Assembly: GCA_903813345.2 (NCBI GenBank)
Contig: CAIIXF020000001.1
Span: 620,001 to 684,000 of the forward strand
From: Owenia fusiformis
Lineage: Eukaryota
Direction: 5' to 3'
Length of the DNA stretch: 64,000 nucleotides
Each line of letters begins with the position of its first letter. The stretch's first letter is position 1. A program made the translations under genes and the position numbers. Below the pieces are notes generated by a model. It ran no database searches, had not been told where the DNA came from, and worked only from the letters and a program-made list of their open reading frames with translations. This document shows, piece by piece, positions 26,552-39,025 of the stretch.

Positions 26552-27275
26552 TATTTGAATTATCGTAAACTGCCATATGTAAAATGAAGAGTAATGGATT
26601 AGTGAATCCTATTATGTTATGGTAATATCATACTTCTACCGATCTGAATTGCATCCCATGTGCATACCACTGCTGACACAATTTATAAACGACCACCATA
26701 CAATTTGAATTCAAGATGAAATTCAATACAAGAAAAACACAGTGTTCAAATGCAAAAGGACTGAATTACAATTTATAAATTATATATTTACACATTATAG
26801 AGTGCAAAAAACGGATGAAGAAAAACAGAAAAGATTGATGAGTTGCAAAATAAGATATGTTTGCGAATTGGGTGAAATACGGTGAGTGAGTACAAACTAT
26901 GTTGAGATGGAGATAACAATGGTTGTTAATGAACGCTGTAAACGTACACATTTATATGCTGTTATATGTGTTCAGTAATTTTAAAGTATAATTTTCATTA
27001 GCGGCAATTTGCCATTCTTAACTTGGTCTAATCGAAATTAATCATTAAACATTATAACAAGATGTAAAACGACCGTTTTTTAAAAGATGACACTTTCGAA
27101 TATGTAGTAATATGGATACAATCATTTTAAGCAAAAAATGAATATTGAAATGTGAAAATCGATATGCTTTATCCTAGAGAGAGAGAATGGAAAACATGTG
27201 ATCATAACAGTGAACGCCTTGGTTGTGGTGAATAAGTCAATATACATAAATATGATGACGTTTTGGTACTCCAAC

Positions 27276-28775
27276 TAGTACCCCACACACTAATTAGTCA
27301 CAAACTTTAAAACTTGTTTTGAACACTTTTCCCTTATTGAATCATGATGAAATTTCACATGGACAAACTATAAACTTTTTCCAACACTCAGATTTTTTTG
27401 ATTTGCTTGAATTTAATTTTCAAATTTTTACAGTCATTTAAGATGAAGCACCAATTTCGCATTTTTTCACATTTTATGCTATATTTATGTATATTTGGCT
27501 TAATTCTTTGAGATGTACAAATTGAAACACTTGGATAAACTTTAACATCAACAACTTCTTAAGTAGTTTTCTACTTACTGTCATATATTACTTTACTGTC
27601 ATATGTATTTCACATTTTTAATAACTGGTGGATAGCATTATGAAGACAGTGGATCATGTCTTTGTGTAGATTCATATACGCTTTCCGGGCCACTGGAATA
27701 CATGGTGGGCATGTTTCTCATTTCAAACAGCGCATCATTGAGAGCAAGTAAACATTCCTCAAAGGATCGGGGGCCTACAATTGAGTGGCCATATTCATCA
27801 CAGGGGTTGCCAGGGGGATGCCACCGTGATACTTTTTGTGGGATGCTATTGTTGAAGAGCTCACAAGGATTAAGAAGATGGCCCTTTGGAGGTAGCATCA
27901 CTACGTTTACACCATTTCTTCTAATTTTACCCTGACTTCAGGATTGTAATGCTGTTTGCATGGATTCAGGGCCCTCCCTGAGCATCCTAATCTATCCCAA
28001 ACTAGGGTTGACCCCCTAGGTAGAAGCCGGTGAAGTCCTGGACCACCAAGATATCGATTCCTGGCTTCAGATGCAATTGCAAACTTCTTGACCACGAGTC
28101 ATCTGCATTCCTCTTTGTGAGAGATACCTTCACAAACTGCGACTGTGATATTACAGCTGAGCATGTAATCAGGATTTTGTTTACTTGCTCTCAATGACGC
28201 GCTGTTTGAAATGAGAAACAACCCTCATGCCTTTAAGGAATTCTACAAAAAGAGAGCTACTGGTAAAGATTTCAATAGACGCGTTGCAGGAAGTAAAGTG
28301 GCAAGACGGGTGAAAAACAGGAGAAACAGAGCCAAAGATGCCCGCCATGTATTCCAGTGGCCCGGAAAGCGTATATGAATCTACACAAAGACATGAACCA
28401 CTGTCTTCATAATGCTATCCACCAGTTATTAAAAATTTGAAATACATATGACAGTAATGTAATGTATGACAGTAAGTAGAAAACTACTTAAAAAGTTGTT
28501 GATGTTAAAGTTTATCCAAGTGTTTCAATTTGTACATCTCAAAGAATTAAGCCAAATATACATAAATATAGCATAAAATGTGAAAAAATGCGAAATTGGT
28601 GCTTCATCTTAAATGACTGTAAAAATTTGAAAATTAAAATTCAAGCAAATCAAAAAAATCTGAGTGTTGGAAAGTGTTTATAGTTTGTCCATGTGAAATT
28701 TCATCATGATTCAATAAGGGGAAAGTGTTCAAAACAAGATTTAAAGTTTGTGACTAATTAGTGTGTGGGGTACTA
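27276..28775. mobile_element. Foldback element built from two inverted 3' ends of an IS630/Tc1-like transposon
   Basis: Arms 27276-27754 and 28178-28775 are near-identical inverted repeats (tagtacccc...ggggtacta). Minus-strand remnant LVWD...VVMLPPKGHLLNPCE resembles the Tc1/IS630 LPPYSPDLNPIE motif. Confidence 0.75.
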
Positions 28776-30511
28776 TGTAAGAGAGCAGAACCTTTGATTT
28801 TCGTGGGATATTTCTGTTGAAATTTTTTTGACGTGAAGGTGAGATTTTTTGCTGTATTTCTCTGAAATTTTCGAAATCGACGGGCTGCGATTTGAGAAAT
28901 TCTAATTCAAACTGTCAATTTTACATGCATCTCTTCAATAGTACAAAAAGTAAGGAGAGTTCTACCACCAGTATTAATAGTAGTAATTCAATTTTAATGT
29001 ATATTTAACGAAAATAGTTATTGGCCACCTTTGTACCATTCCTATTGTATTGAATTAGTCAAGACAAAGAAGTATAAAAGCTCCACCACCATTCAGAAAC
29101 CACTACAACAATACAGAACCACAACATCCTTGCACATGGGACATTTCATTCACACTGTAGTCCGGGCTGTTAAGTGGGCTCGTGGGAAATTTTTGTTACA
29201 GCTTGGCAACATAGTGTACTTTATAGAGTTTGAGGTGCTGAATAAGAATTTTGATGTTGCCAAATCTGTAACATGAATGTTGTTGCTAGGGGCAACCATT
29301 TCCATAGCAACCACACATTTTACCTTGCAACGGGCCTAAAAATACAAAAGTTGTTGTAGATTTTTTTAGTTATAATCATTTTTGATAATATTTATTGTGA
29401 AGTAAAGGGAAGTAATAGGGGAATTTGTTATTCAACACAATTTGGTTAACAATTGATTTTTGAGCTATTGTGATGTCATAATAGCCCAAATTTTGTTATT
29501 TTTCCTAATTTACATATAATTCCACATTACAATTACTTTTTCTACCTCTTCAAAATACCGGAAGTAGGTAAGCCATTTGCTACATTTGTTATTTCTGATG
29601 TGCTCTTTCCAGCGATGGCTTTGGATTTGCATGAAAATAAAACAATCGTGTTCTAGGAATGATTGAAACTAGGGTGGTATCTGAAAAGAATGACGTTAAT
29701 CTACCCTAATGACAAACCTACTTTTCGAAATATTTTGATTCTATGTATTTGCGGCTATGTGCAAGAAATGTTTTCATTACTATTGCAATTTTTGTTTCAG
29801 AGTGGTTAATAAATATTTTATTGTGGTAAACAGGAGTTTCATGTTGCTGGGTATGATGTTGAGCACCATTGCTATGGAGACTATTTCCTTAGCAACCAGC
29901 CATGACCATGTCCTTTAAGCTTGATGTTGAGATTGAAAACTTTTACTAAAATAAAGTTATTGTTTACAATTTTTAAGGTACATGTTGACGATGATATCCA
30001 GTCAAACTAAAAAGTATAAGTAATGACAGCATCTCAATTTTTGTAATAAAACCCCATTATGATGTCATTATGGACCAGTACTTTGACAAACGCGCTTTCA
30101 TCAATTGGTTAATAAGTGGTTTTATAATGCTAAGTCATTTTGATCAACTGAATAAAACATGCCTGGATGAACAGCAGTATAATTAATAATTTATATTATT
30201 AATATGTTTAATCAGGATAGATGGTTGGATATTATGTATGTTAAGGTTTTAACTTGTATTATTGTTGCCTAGCAACCACATGACAACAGGAAAAATTAAA
30301 GAATAACATGGATGGAGTTTCATTAGTTGACTGGGCGATTGCTTAACATGATTCAGGAAGATTCCCATTGGAAAGACCATGTGACATCATGAATAGTGTG
30401 ATTGACAACCTGGAAAGACAGGTAAATTTAATGATGGGTTCAGGAAACAGGGCATGTAAGTCATGGCCGTGATGCCACAAACACAATGTTGATATTAGAG
30501 AATCAGTAGTT

Positions 30512-30584
30512 TGCTCTGTAGCTCAAGTGGCAGAGCACTCGGCGTGTAATTGGGACGTTGTGGATTCGATTCCCACCTAGATGG
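30512..30584 (+). pseudogene. tRNA-like sequence (Thr-UGU-like) inside the Academ element
   Basis: A box TAGCTCAAGTGG, D arm gctc/gagc, anticodon loop cgTGTaa, T arm gtggattcgattcccac, T6 run just downstream. Acceptor and anticodon stems pair poorly. Confidence 0.65.
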
Positions 30585-30762
30585 AGTGTTTTTTCACACC
30601 AGCCCTTAGCATAGGATTTAATCCTGTTTCAGATTTACTATATTTTTATTTGTTTACTTGTTTATTTTCAATTGTTTAATTTTAATTGTTCTCTCTTTAT
30701 TTGTGACATCATATAAGAAGAAATTTCAAAATAACTGAGCATGAAAATAAAAAAGATCAAAA

Positions 30763-30858
30763 ATGGAAACGTTTTGTCCCATTGCATGCAGCACTCCTAT
30801 TAAACCAAGGGGTAACAAGAGGAAAGCTTTAGCAGACATATCGAATTCAAATGATAAT
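30763..30858 (+). CDS. Possible first coding exon of the Academ transposase
   Basis: ATG, 32 open codons (METFCPIACSTPIKPRGNKRKALADISNSNDN) and a GTAAGT donor. The link to the downstream ORF cannot be shown. Confidence 0.4.
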
Positions 30859-31109
30859 GTAAGTATCTTTATAATTTTATAGTAATTCATTTGTCCATTT
30901 TCAAATTCATGATCTAATATACCAACAAAATCAGCACCATCAAAATCAGCATCATCAACAAAAGCAGGTTTTCTCCAACAACGTTACAGAATACGTGCTC
31001 CCATATGCCCATATTTCCTTATGTCACCCTTTTCTTCAAAGTATAAAGGCCCAATGCCAAAAGCTAGTATGTCTTTGCTGTATTTTTAATGACTTATTTT
31101 GATAATCTA

Positions 31110-31300
31110 GTGGGGAAAATCCCTTTGGGGTGGCCGAAGGCTATGCCCAAATTTTCTGTAATTTTAATTTTATTTCAAAAGTCTGCTTGGAAAATCCCTT
31201 AGTGTGGCCGAAGGCTATGCCCAAATTTTCTGTAATTTTAATTTTATTTCAAAAGTCCGCTTGGAAAATCCCTTAGTGTGGCTGAAGGCTATGCCAAATT
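31110..31300. repeat. ~70-bp tandem repeat, about 2.5 copies
   Basis: ggaaaatcccttagtgtggccgaaggctatgcccaaattttc recurs. Confidence 0.8.
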
Positions 31301-32299
31301 TTGCTCTATCTATAATGGTTTATTTTGATGTAATAAGAAGATCCATTCGGGTTTGCCTAAGGCTATATGTCAAATTTTTGTCTTATTGTTCATTTCAATT
31401 CTGTTTTGTATATTGTTATATTAGTCAATATTTAATTGTATGCCTACTGTTACGTTCGAAAATAACAGAAAGTAAAAACAGCAATTAAAATACGATAACA
31501 ATATATTTATATTTTGAAAACTAAATAATATAACAATAATATAAAGGAGGTTTAATACTTATGTGATGTCCAATCAATGATACGGCTTATTCTTGATGTC
31601 GATAAATGTCGTTGACGATACTTGAGAATGTTCCGGATCACGAAATGTTTCAATAATCGTTAATAGTTCTCCAATGTTTGTAATAATCCAATAATGTTTG
31701 TTGTAATCCTATAATGTTCGTATCCAATAATGTTTGATGATAATCCACAAATGTTTGATGATAATCCACAAATGTTTATGATAATCCACGAATATATATG
31801 ATAATCCGTATATAATGTTTGTTGTAATATATGTCCATATAAAGTCCTCAGGTTGTATGTTTGTAGTGTTATAAATGTTCCCACAGTAATTATCTGCTAA
31901 GAAGATGTCCTTTTGATAAACTTTGAAATTCTGCTTTATTTAGTTCCTTTTAGATGTCCAGTTATGATTACTTAATTATCTGCTACTGAGTCCACTTTGC
32001 AGTTTTATTTATAATGTGAAAGAATCATCTAGAAAGAATCTTCTGGAACTGAGACTACTTGTTGAGTTTTGATTGGACATCTCCAGTCACATGATTAAGT
32101 CTTAATGAATGGTTATATTTTCTAGAACTCTCTGGATGGTCAAGAGTTAATGAGTCATTCAGTTCAGTTCTGTTTACAAGATACAGTGTATAATGTCATT
32201 GTGACCTTGACCCAAGATCTCTAATAAAGATCAGTTACAGTATATACATATAGATAAACTAAACTTAATGTGAATATAATAGAACATAATACTGTAACA

Positions 32300-32308
32300 C
32301 CTCCCTCC
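32300..32308 (-). other. Polypurine tract of the Gmr1-like element
   Basis: cctccctcc (GGAGGGAGG on the minus strand) abutting the 3' LTR. Confidence 0.85.
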
Positions 32309-32966
32309 TTAAAAGAAAAGTTTTGAATACAATGAAAAACTTTTACAATAATATCTGGTGTAGCGAGGGTTACATTTTTTTTTTTAAAGATGAGGTTGAG
32401 ACTTACATAACATTTGTTTACAATAGTCTTTTTATGTGCAGTATGTTTACAAGTATATAATACTTTCTATCGTTACAGTGTGAGTACAATCTAATAACAT
32501 ATAATGTTCTTATAATGCCATACTACAATAATATCTACATCAGTTATGCATTAAGTCATAAATACAATACACGCAATAGATCATATAACTTGTACAATAG
32601 CATACATGTTTGAGTATGACAAACACTAAACTTGTACAATGTTTTAAATTATCACATGATCTTATATAAGTATTTCTAATAGTACAATCTTATATTATCA
32701 AGTAATCTTGTGACACTATTTAATGATCACCTATAATGCTCACATAATCTAGATACAATCTTATAGTTCATATAATATCAATTTCACTATTTAGGCAAAT
32801 GTTTTTATATACAGTATTGTTAAAATAAAGTGACAGTTATCACATATATACAATTTGCCTATCATATAATATAATCTTCATGAGTTAATCATTATAATTT
32901 ACAATATCTGACTCTTGAATAACATACATGTATAGTTGTCATTGACATACAAGTTTGGCCTACAAG

Positions 32967-35908
32967 CTAAGAGCACAAGCTCATGTTGAGTAAAGAAATT
33001 TTATCACGCTCAACATACTTTTTCATCATGTGTAGCTCTCTACACCTCACATGAGTAGTTTTATCAATGCCAATGAAATCATTCAGCACTGAGTCAGATT
33101 GTAAGTCAGATATAAGCTCCTTTGGTAGCCCAACTAATGTGAAATTGTTGATTTGTGATTTCACAATATACTTGGTTTTGCTATTTCTAAGCATGAGGAG
33201 TGATTTTATTGTTGGAAACCGTGTGGTCATAGATAAAATAGTGAGCAGATATTGACTATCAGATTTTGTTTTTGGTAATGGACCAACACAGTCAATAAGA
33301 ACCTTACTGAATGGTTCATCAAATGCAGGTATAAGTTGTAAAGGAGCAATTGAGATTTTCTGGTTAGGTTTCCCTACCATTTGACATGTGTAACAAGACC
33401 TACAATACTCTTGGACATCTTGTTTTAATTTGGGCCAAAAGAAATGATTGAGTATTTTATGGTATGTTTTAGTTACTCCTAAATGACCTGCCATGGGAGA
33501 ATCATGAGCTAGACTCAAGATTTCCTTATGATATGATTTGGGGACAACAATTTGATGTACAATTGCCCAATCGTCTTCAGGGGAAGCTTCAGGAGGTCTC
33601 CACTTTCGCATTAATATGCCATCCTTTTTGTAGAAACAAACAGGGACCTTGTCAGCTTCATCAATAGTAACAGATCTTTTATGAAGATCAATGAGTGATG
33701 GATCATGCTCTTGTTCATAAATTAACATGTGTTTAGAATGAGGATCATTTTTCAAAGAATCACTATCAGAAATAGAGGATGAAACCTCAGAACAAGGAGG
33801 AGATGAAACCTCATGAACACTAGCAGAAGAAGATGAAACTTCATCGGGACTAGCAAGAGCGGGCGAAACCGCATTAAAATAGTGATCCTGCTCAGAAGGT
33901 GATTCACCTCTGGCAATAGGCTTTTTCAATGAAGAATTTGCCTCAATAGATGACTGCTTGGCTTGAACAGAAGGCTGTTTCAATGAAGAATTTGCCTTTA
34001 AAATAGGATAAGGATCATCTTTAACAAGTGGTGAGTGACATTCATCATCAAACAAGGAGCTTAAAAACCCACTATCAAAGTCATCTCCCACAGACAAATC
34101 CCCGCTATTAGCTAACTTTTTAGCCATAGCCCTAGTAACAGCACAAGCAGGATATATATCAGAGTCCTCTTGGACAGAATCCTCAATAGAACAAGGCTGA
34201 TCAGAAACAATGGGGTCTAATGATACCTTACCCCCAGCTAAATCATTGCCTAAAAGCAATGCGACTCCTTCAACAGGAAGTTGTGGCCTAACACCAACAA
34301 TAACTGGCCCTTTGACTAACTCCGATGTGATATGAATACGATGGAGGGGAACTTTAGTAAATCCTAATTCAATGCCTTGCATCAAAATATGGGTACCTGT
34401 GAATGACTCCTCAGATAAAGGAAGGACACCTTCTAACAACAAGGTCTGAGATGCACCCGTGTCTCTAAGAATTTTAACTGGCTTTGAATTGGTATCATCA
34501 CTTGACAGTGACACAGATCCTTCCGACATGAAAGGCTTATAATCCTCCATAATATCACTATGAGTAGATTTCTCAGTATGAGTATATGAATCCCAAACAA
34601 TGGGCTTTCTTGAAATGGGAACAGTAGCACAACCATTTGAATGAGCAGAACCAGACATCTCTCTTCTATTCTTAATCCTATAGCATTCAGAAATAATGTG
34701 ACCAGGCTTTTTACAATAATTACAGGTGACATTTGATGTTGGACCTGACGATTTTGATTGATCTGATTTTGAGCTAGAACTCTGTGATGAATTAGACTGG
34801 TCTTTTGCTTTGTTTGATGTATTTGATGATGAGGACTGATTTGATTTTGTATCATATGAAGGTTTGTTACCTTGATAACCTCTAAAGTTAGGATTACCTT
34901 TGATAAAACTACCCTTATGAGTTAGAGCATAATCATCAGACAGGGTGGCAGCTTGACTTAAAGTTTCTACCTTGTGTTCATCTAAATAAGTTCTAATGTG
35001 ATATTGAACACAGTTTTTGAATTGTTCTATTAGCATAAGCTCTCTGAGCTTTTTGAACTCTTCAGATACATCTTTAGAGACAAGCCACCTGTCAAAAAGC
35101 TGCTCTTGCTCTCGAGCAAACTCAACATGGGTTTGGTCACTCTGTTTGTGGGCATTTCTAAATTTTTGTCTGTAAGCTTCTGGCACTAGTTCATAAGCTT
35201 TAAGAATCGCATTTTTAATAAGGTCATAATCAGAGCATACTTCTGCTGAGAGAGAGGCAAATATTTCACTTGCTTTACCAATGAATACACTCTGAAGCAT
35301 AACTGGCCATGCTGATTTAGGCCAATCGAGGCTTTGAGCGACTTTTCAAAATGCGTAAAGTATTTATCAACATTTTTCTCCTGAAATTTAGGTACAAATT
35401 TGAGAAATTTTGAAGCGTCAAATCTATTTTCAAAATGTTGATGCATAGTAGCATGTTCATCAGTTTTGGATTGAGCTTCTATTTCCAAACGTTTTAATTC
35501 AATTTCTCTTTGAATTTCTTGTTCTCTCATTTGTCTTTCATTTTCTCTTTTTTCTCTTTCATTTTGCATTTCTAACTCTTTTTCTCTTAATTCTTTTTCA
35601 TTTTGCAACTCTTTTTCTCTCCTTTCATTTTCAAGCTCTTTTTCTCTTATTTCAAGCTCTTTAAGCCTTATAGGATCTACAGGCTCAACATGCTGGACTG
35701 GCTCTACAATAAGCTTTAATGCTTCTTCTGGTAATATTTCTTCCGCTACCAAATATGGTACCAGAATATTTTTTATTGCACCTTTTCGGTATGAAGTTTT
35801 TACTGCCAAACCAACATGTTTTGCTAGTGCCAGAAGTTCAGTTTTCTTTAACTTGTCAAACTCCTCCAAAGAGGGCGCTTCTAAAAATGTCTCAACCTCA
35901 AAACTCAT
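32967..35908 (-). pseudogene. Gag-protease-integrase polyprotein, frameshifted at ~35345, with eroded integrase core and no RT/RNase H
   Basis: Coiled-coil N-terminus, YELVPEAYRQKFR capsid/SCAN-like region, CNYCKKPGHIISEC knuckle, ILRDTGAS protease, AH..GHLGVTKT..CRSCYTC integrase zinc domain, FSKVLIDCVGPLP. Adding one A restores FEKVAQSLDWPKSAWPVMLQ. Confidence 0.88.
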
Positions 35909-35990
35909 TTTTGATTAATTGCTGTCTTCACAATTTAGATATACAATTTTGGAATTTTGAATTTTATGAATTTTAGCTTGTTGTAGTTGT

Positions 35991-36008
35991 ATCCCGGACG
36001 AGCCCCCA
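35991..36008 (-). other. Primer binding site complementary to the tRNA-Pro 3' end
   Basis: TGGGGGCTCGTCCGGGAT, 5 nt inside the 5' LTR. Confidence 0.9.
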
Positions 36009-37323
36009 ATTTCTGTTACGTTCGAAAATAACAGAAAGTAAAAACAGCAATTAAAATACGATAACAATATATTTATATTTTGAAAACTAAATAATATAAC
36101 AATAATATAAAGGAGGTTTAATACTTATGTGATGTCCAATCAATGATACGGCTTATTCTTGATGTCGATAAATGTCGTTGACGATACTTGAGAATGTTCC
36201 GGATCACGAAATGTTTCAATAATCGTTAATAGTTCTCCAATGTTTGTAATAATCCAATAATGTTTGTTGTAATCCTATAATGTTCGTATCCAATAATGTT
36301 TGATGATAATCCACAAATGTTTGATGATAATCCACAAATGTTTATGATAATCCACGAATATATATGATAATCCGTATATAATGTTTGTTGTAATATATGT
36401 CCATATAAAGTCCTCAGGTTGTATGTTTGTAGTGTTATAAATGTTCCCACAGTAATTATCTGCTAAGAAGATGTCCTTTTGATAAACTTTGAAATTCTGC
36501 TTTATTTAGTTCCTTTTAGATGTCCAGTTATGATTACTTAATTATCTGCTACTGAGTCCACTTTGCAGTTTTATTTATAATGTGAAAGAATCATCTAGAA
36601 AGAATCTTCTGGAACTGAGACTACTTGTTGAGTTTTGATTGGACATCTCCAGTCACATGATTAAGTCTTAATGAATGGTTATATTTTCTAGAACTCTCTG
36701 GATGGTCAAGAGTTAATGAGTCATTCAGTTCAGTTCTGTTTACAAGATACAGTGTATAATGTCATTGTGACCTTGACCCAAGATCTCTAATAAAGATCAG
36801 TTACAGTATATACATATAGATAAACTAAACTTAATGTGAATATAATAGAACATAATACTGTAACACTACAATTGGCCATAATGGCCAAACTGTTCTTGTG
36901 CATTTTCTCTTCTCCAAAATTCAAAACACTGCAATTTCCTAAAGATTCCCTTTACCTGTTTAAAAGAAGGAATGTCGTCATATGAACTGATACACTGTGT
37001 GTTTCTTACATGTATATTACGTAGAGTGTCTGAAACACTTTAAAAATCTTGAAAATCTGTCAGATCTCTTATAATCTATGAACATTGAAATAATTCAAAT
37101 AAGAGTAAGAACCATGTTGATATATAATAATTTTCACCTTTCCTGCGATATTGCAATCTCATTAAAGTTTCATGCTAGTTTGTGCGATTTAATTTTTTTA
37201 GTTCAAATAAATAATTCTTACTTTTGATATTATTTTTAAGAGGTAAAAAAGTAATGTGCTCTTGGTATTCTGACTGAATGCTGAATGTGAAAAATGCCCC
37301 AACTGACCGCTACTATTTTTCTT

Positions 37324-37470
37324 TTATTAGACTCCAGATGCAAATCTGGAGTCTATTGTTTTTGCTACTTTTCTTATTAGACTCCAGATGAAGTCCGGAG
37401 TCTATTGTTTTTGCTTCTTTTCTTGTTATTAGACTCCAGATGAAGTCTGGAGTCTATTGTTTTTGCCAGT
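37324..37470. repeat. Three tandem hairpin units (tagactccagatgaagtctggagtcta), possibly the head of a Helentron-like element
   Basis: Palindromic unit repeated three times, each followed by ttgtttttgc. Confidence 0.7.
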
Positions 37471-37894
37471 ATTCTTATTATTAGAATGCCGGTTTCGAAG
37501 ACAGTCTACAATCTTGAGTCTTAACTTAGTTCACAATTTACCATTCTAGTTATTCTTAAACATAGCACGTTCTCTCAACAACCATAAGACATTCAGTAAA
37601 GACAATCATATGGTCGATTAAAGTACTATATCTAGTTCCTAGGAAATTTGTTCAATGTTTTATATAGGTCAATAACTAGGTCAAATCCAGTACTTTGTCA
37701 CTTATTAAATTTTCACGGTCATCCTTCTATATTTTCACTCCGGTTTTTTTCATTGTGTTCCTCATAAAAAAGTAACATAATGTAGATTTGTAGCCGATTT
37801 CGAGATATCAGTGTCTGAAAACGAGGTCCGAAAAAAGTACTACTTCCAGTTTATGAGCTATGATCAATGTAATAAATGTATCAAATCAAAAAAT

Positions 37895-38980
37895 CAAATC
37901 ATATAATATCATATCAATCATATTGATCATATCATATCAAATAATATCATATAACATATCATTATCATATTAAACCATATCATATAACATATTATATATC
38001 ATATTATTTATTATCCAATGGTTACAAGGATATATATCGAATATCAGGTGAAGATATATTTGATATGTGGATCAAGATATCATATTTTAGCAAAAAATCC
38101 CCAAACCATCGAATATCACTTCTCAAACCATCGAATATCACTTCTCAAAAAGTGATATTCGATGGTTTCAAAAGTGATATTCGATGGTTTCGATTTTTTC
38201 AATAATTCTTTGTCAAATTTTTTCTAAAATTTTTTTTTCAATATTTTCTCTAAAAAAAATTTCCTTCAAAATTTTTTTTCAATAATTTTTTCCTTCAAAA
38301 TTTTTGAAACCTTCAAAATCTTTTTTCAAAAATGATTTCCTTCAAATTTTTTTTTCAAAAACTTTTTTCGAAATCTTTTTAAAAAAAAGTTTTTTAACAT
38401 TTTTTTCGCTGGGTTAGGATTTCCCATGGGATAAACGGACAATCCTATGGTTTTTCAAAAATATCAATTATATCCACTCATGGATATCAATATCTTCACT
38501 CATTCGCTGCGCTCACTCGTAAAGATATCAATATCCACTCATGGATATAAATGATATTTTTTCAAAACCATAGGATATTCCTATAATATCATATATCATC
38601 ATATGATATGTCATATTATATATCATATCGTATATCATATCATATATCATATCGTATATCATATCGTACATCATACTGTATATCATATCTTATCCTATTA
38701 TATCATATCGATCATATCATATATCATATCATATAGCAAATCATATCATATCATATTAAATCATATCATATAACATATTATATATCATATCATTTAATAT
38801 CATATAACATCATTTGATATATCATATCGTATATCATATTGTATATCATATAATATATCATATCGTATATCATATCATATCAAATATCATATTGAATCAT
38901 ATCGTACATCATGCTGTATATCATATCATATATCATAGTATATCATATCGTATATCATATCATATCAAATATCATATTAA
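37895..38980. repeat. (ATCAT)n-type microsatellite interrupted by a non-autonomous element
   Basis: atcat/atatc repeats at 37895-38005 and 38588-38980. Confidence 0.85.
38007..38587 (+). mobile_element. Palindrome-rich non-autonomous element, possibly Crypton-type
   Basis: Internal inverted repeats (aaaccatcgaatatcactt/aagtgatattcgatggttt; cctatggtttttcaaaa/ttttcaaaaccatagg) and a cattcgctgcgctcactcg core. Family assignment is by resemblance. Confidence 0.5.
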
Positions 38981-39025
38981 ATCAATGATAAACTGTCAAA
39001 CCAAAGAGATAACGAGAACAAAAAT

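Larger units (their letters stand above)
31448..36865 (-). mobile_element. Gmr1-like Ty3/Gypsy LTR retrotransposon, non-autonomous, recently inserted
   Basis: 852-bp LTRs (31448-32299 and 36014-36865) with TG..CA ends and no difference found by eye. 4-bp TSD CTAC, tRNA-Pro PBS, PPT, gag-PR-IN order. Confidence 0.93.

Noticed and set aside
29151-29160. CAC-type (CACTA/Chapaev) termini for the large DNA transposon
   Set aside because: That boundary gives no TSD, whereas TAG...CTA ends give a perfect CTG TSD and fit Academ.
30512-30584. Functional tRNA-Thr gene
   Set aside because: The acceptor stem is broken, the anticodon stem is mostly G-U pairs and the T stem has a mismatch.
31660-36450. 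Duplicated 74-aa ORF (31660-31884 and 36226-36450)
   Set aside because: Incidental frame inside the two LTRs.
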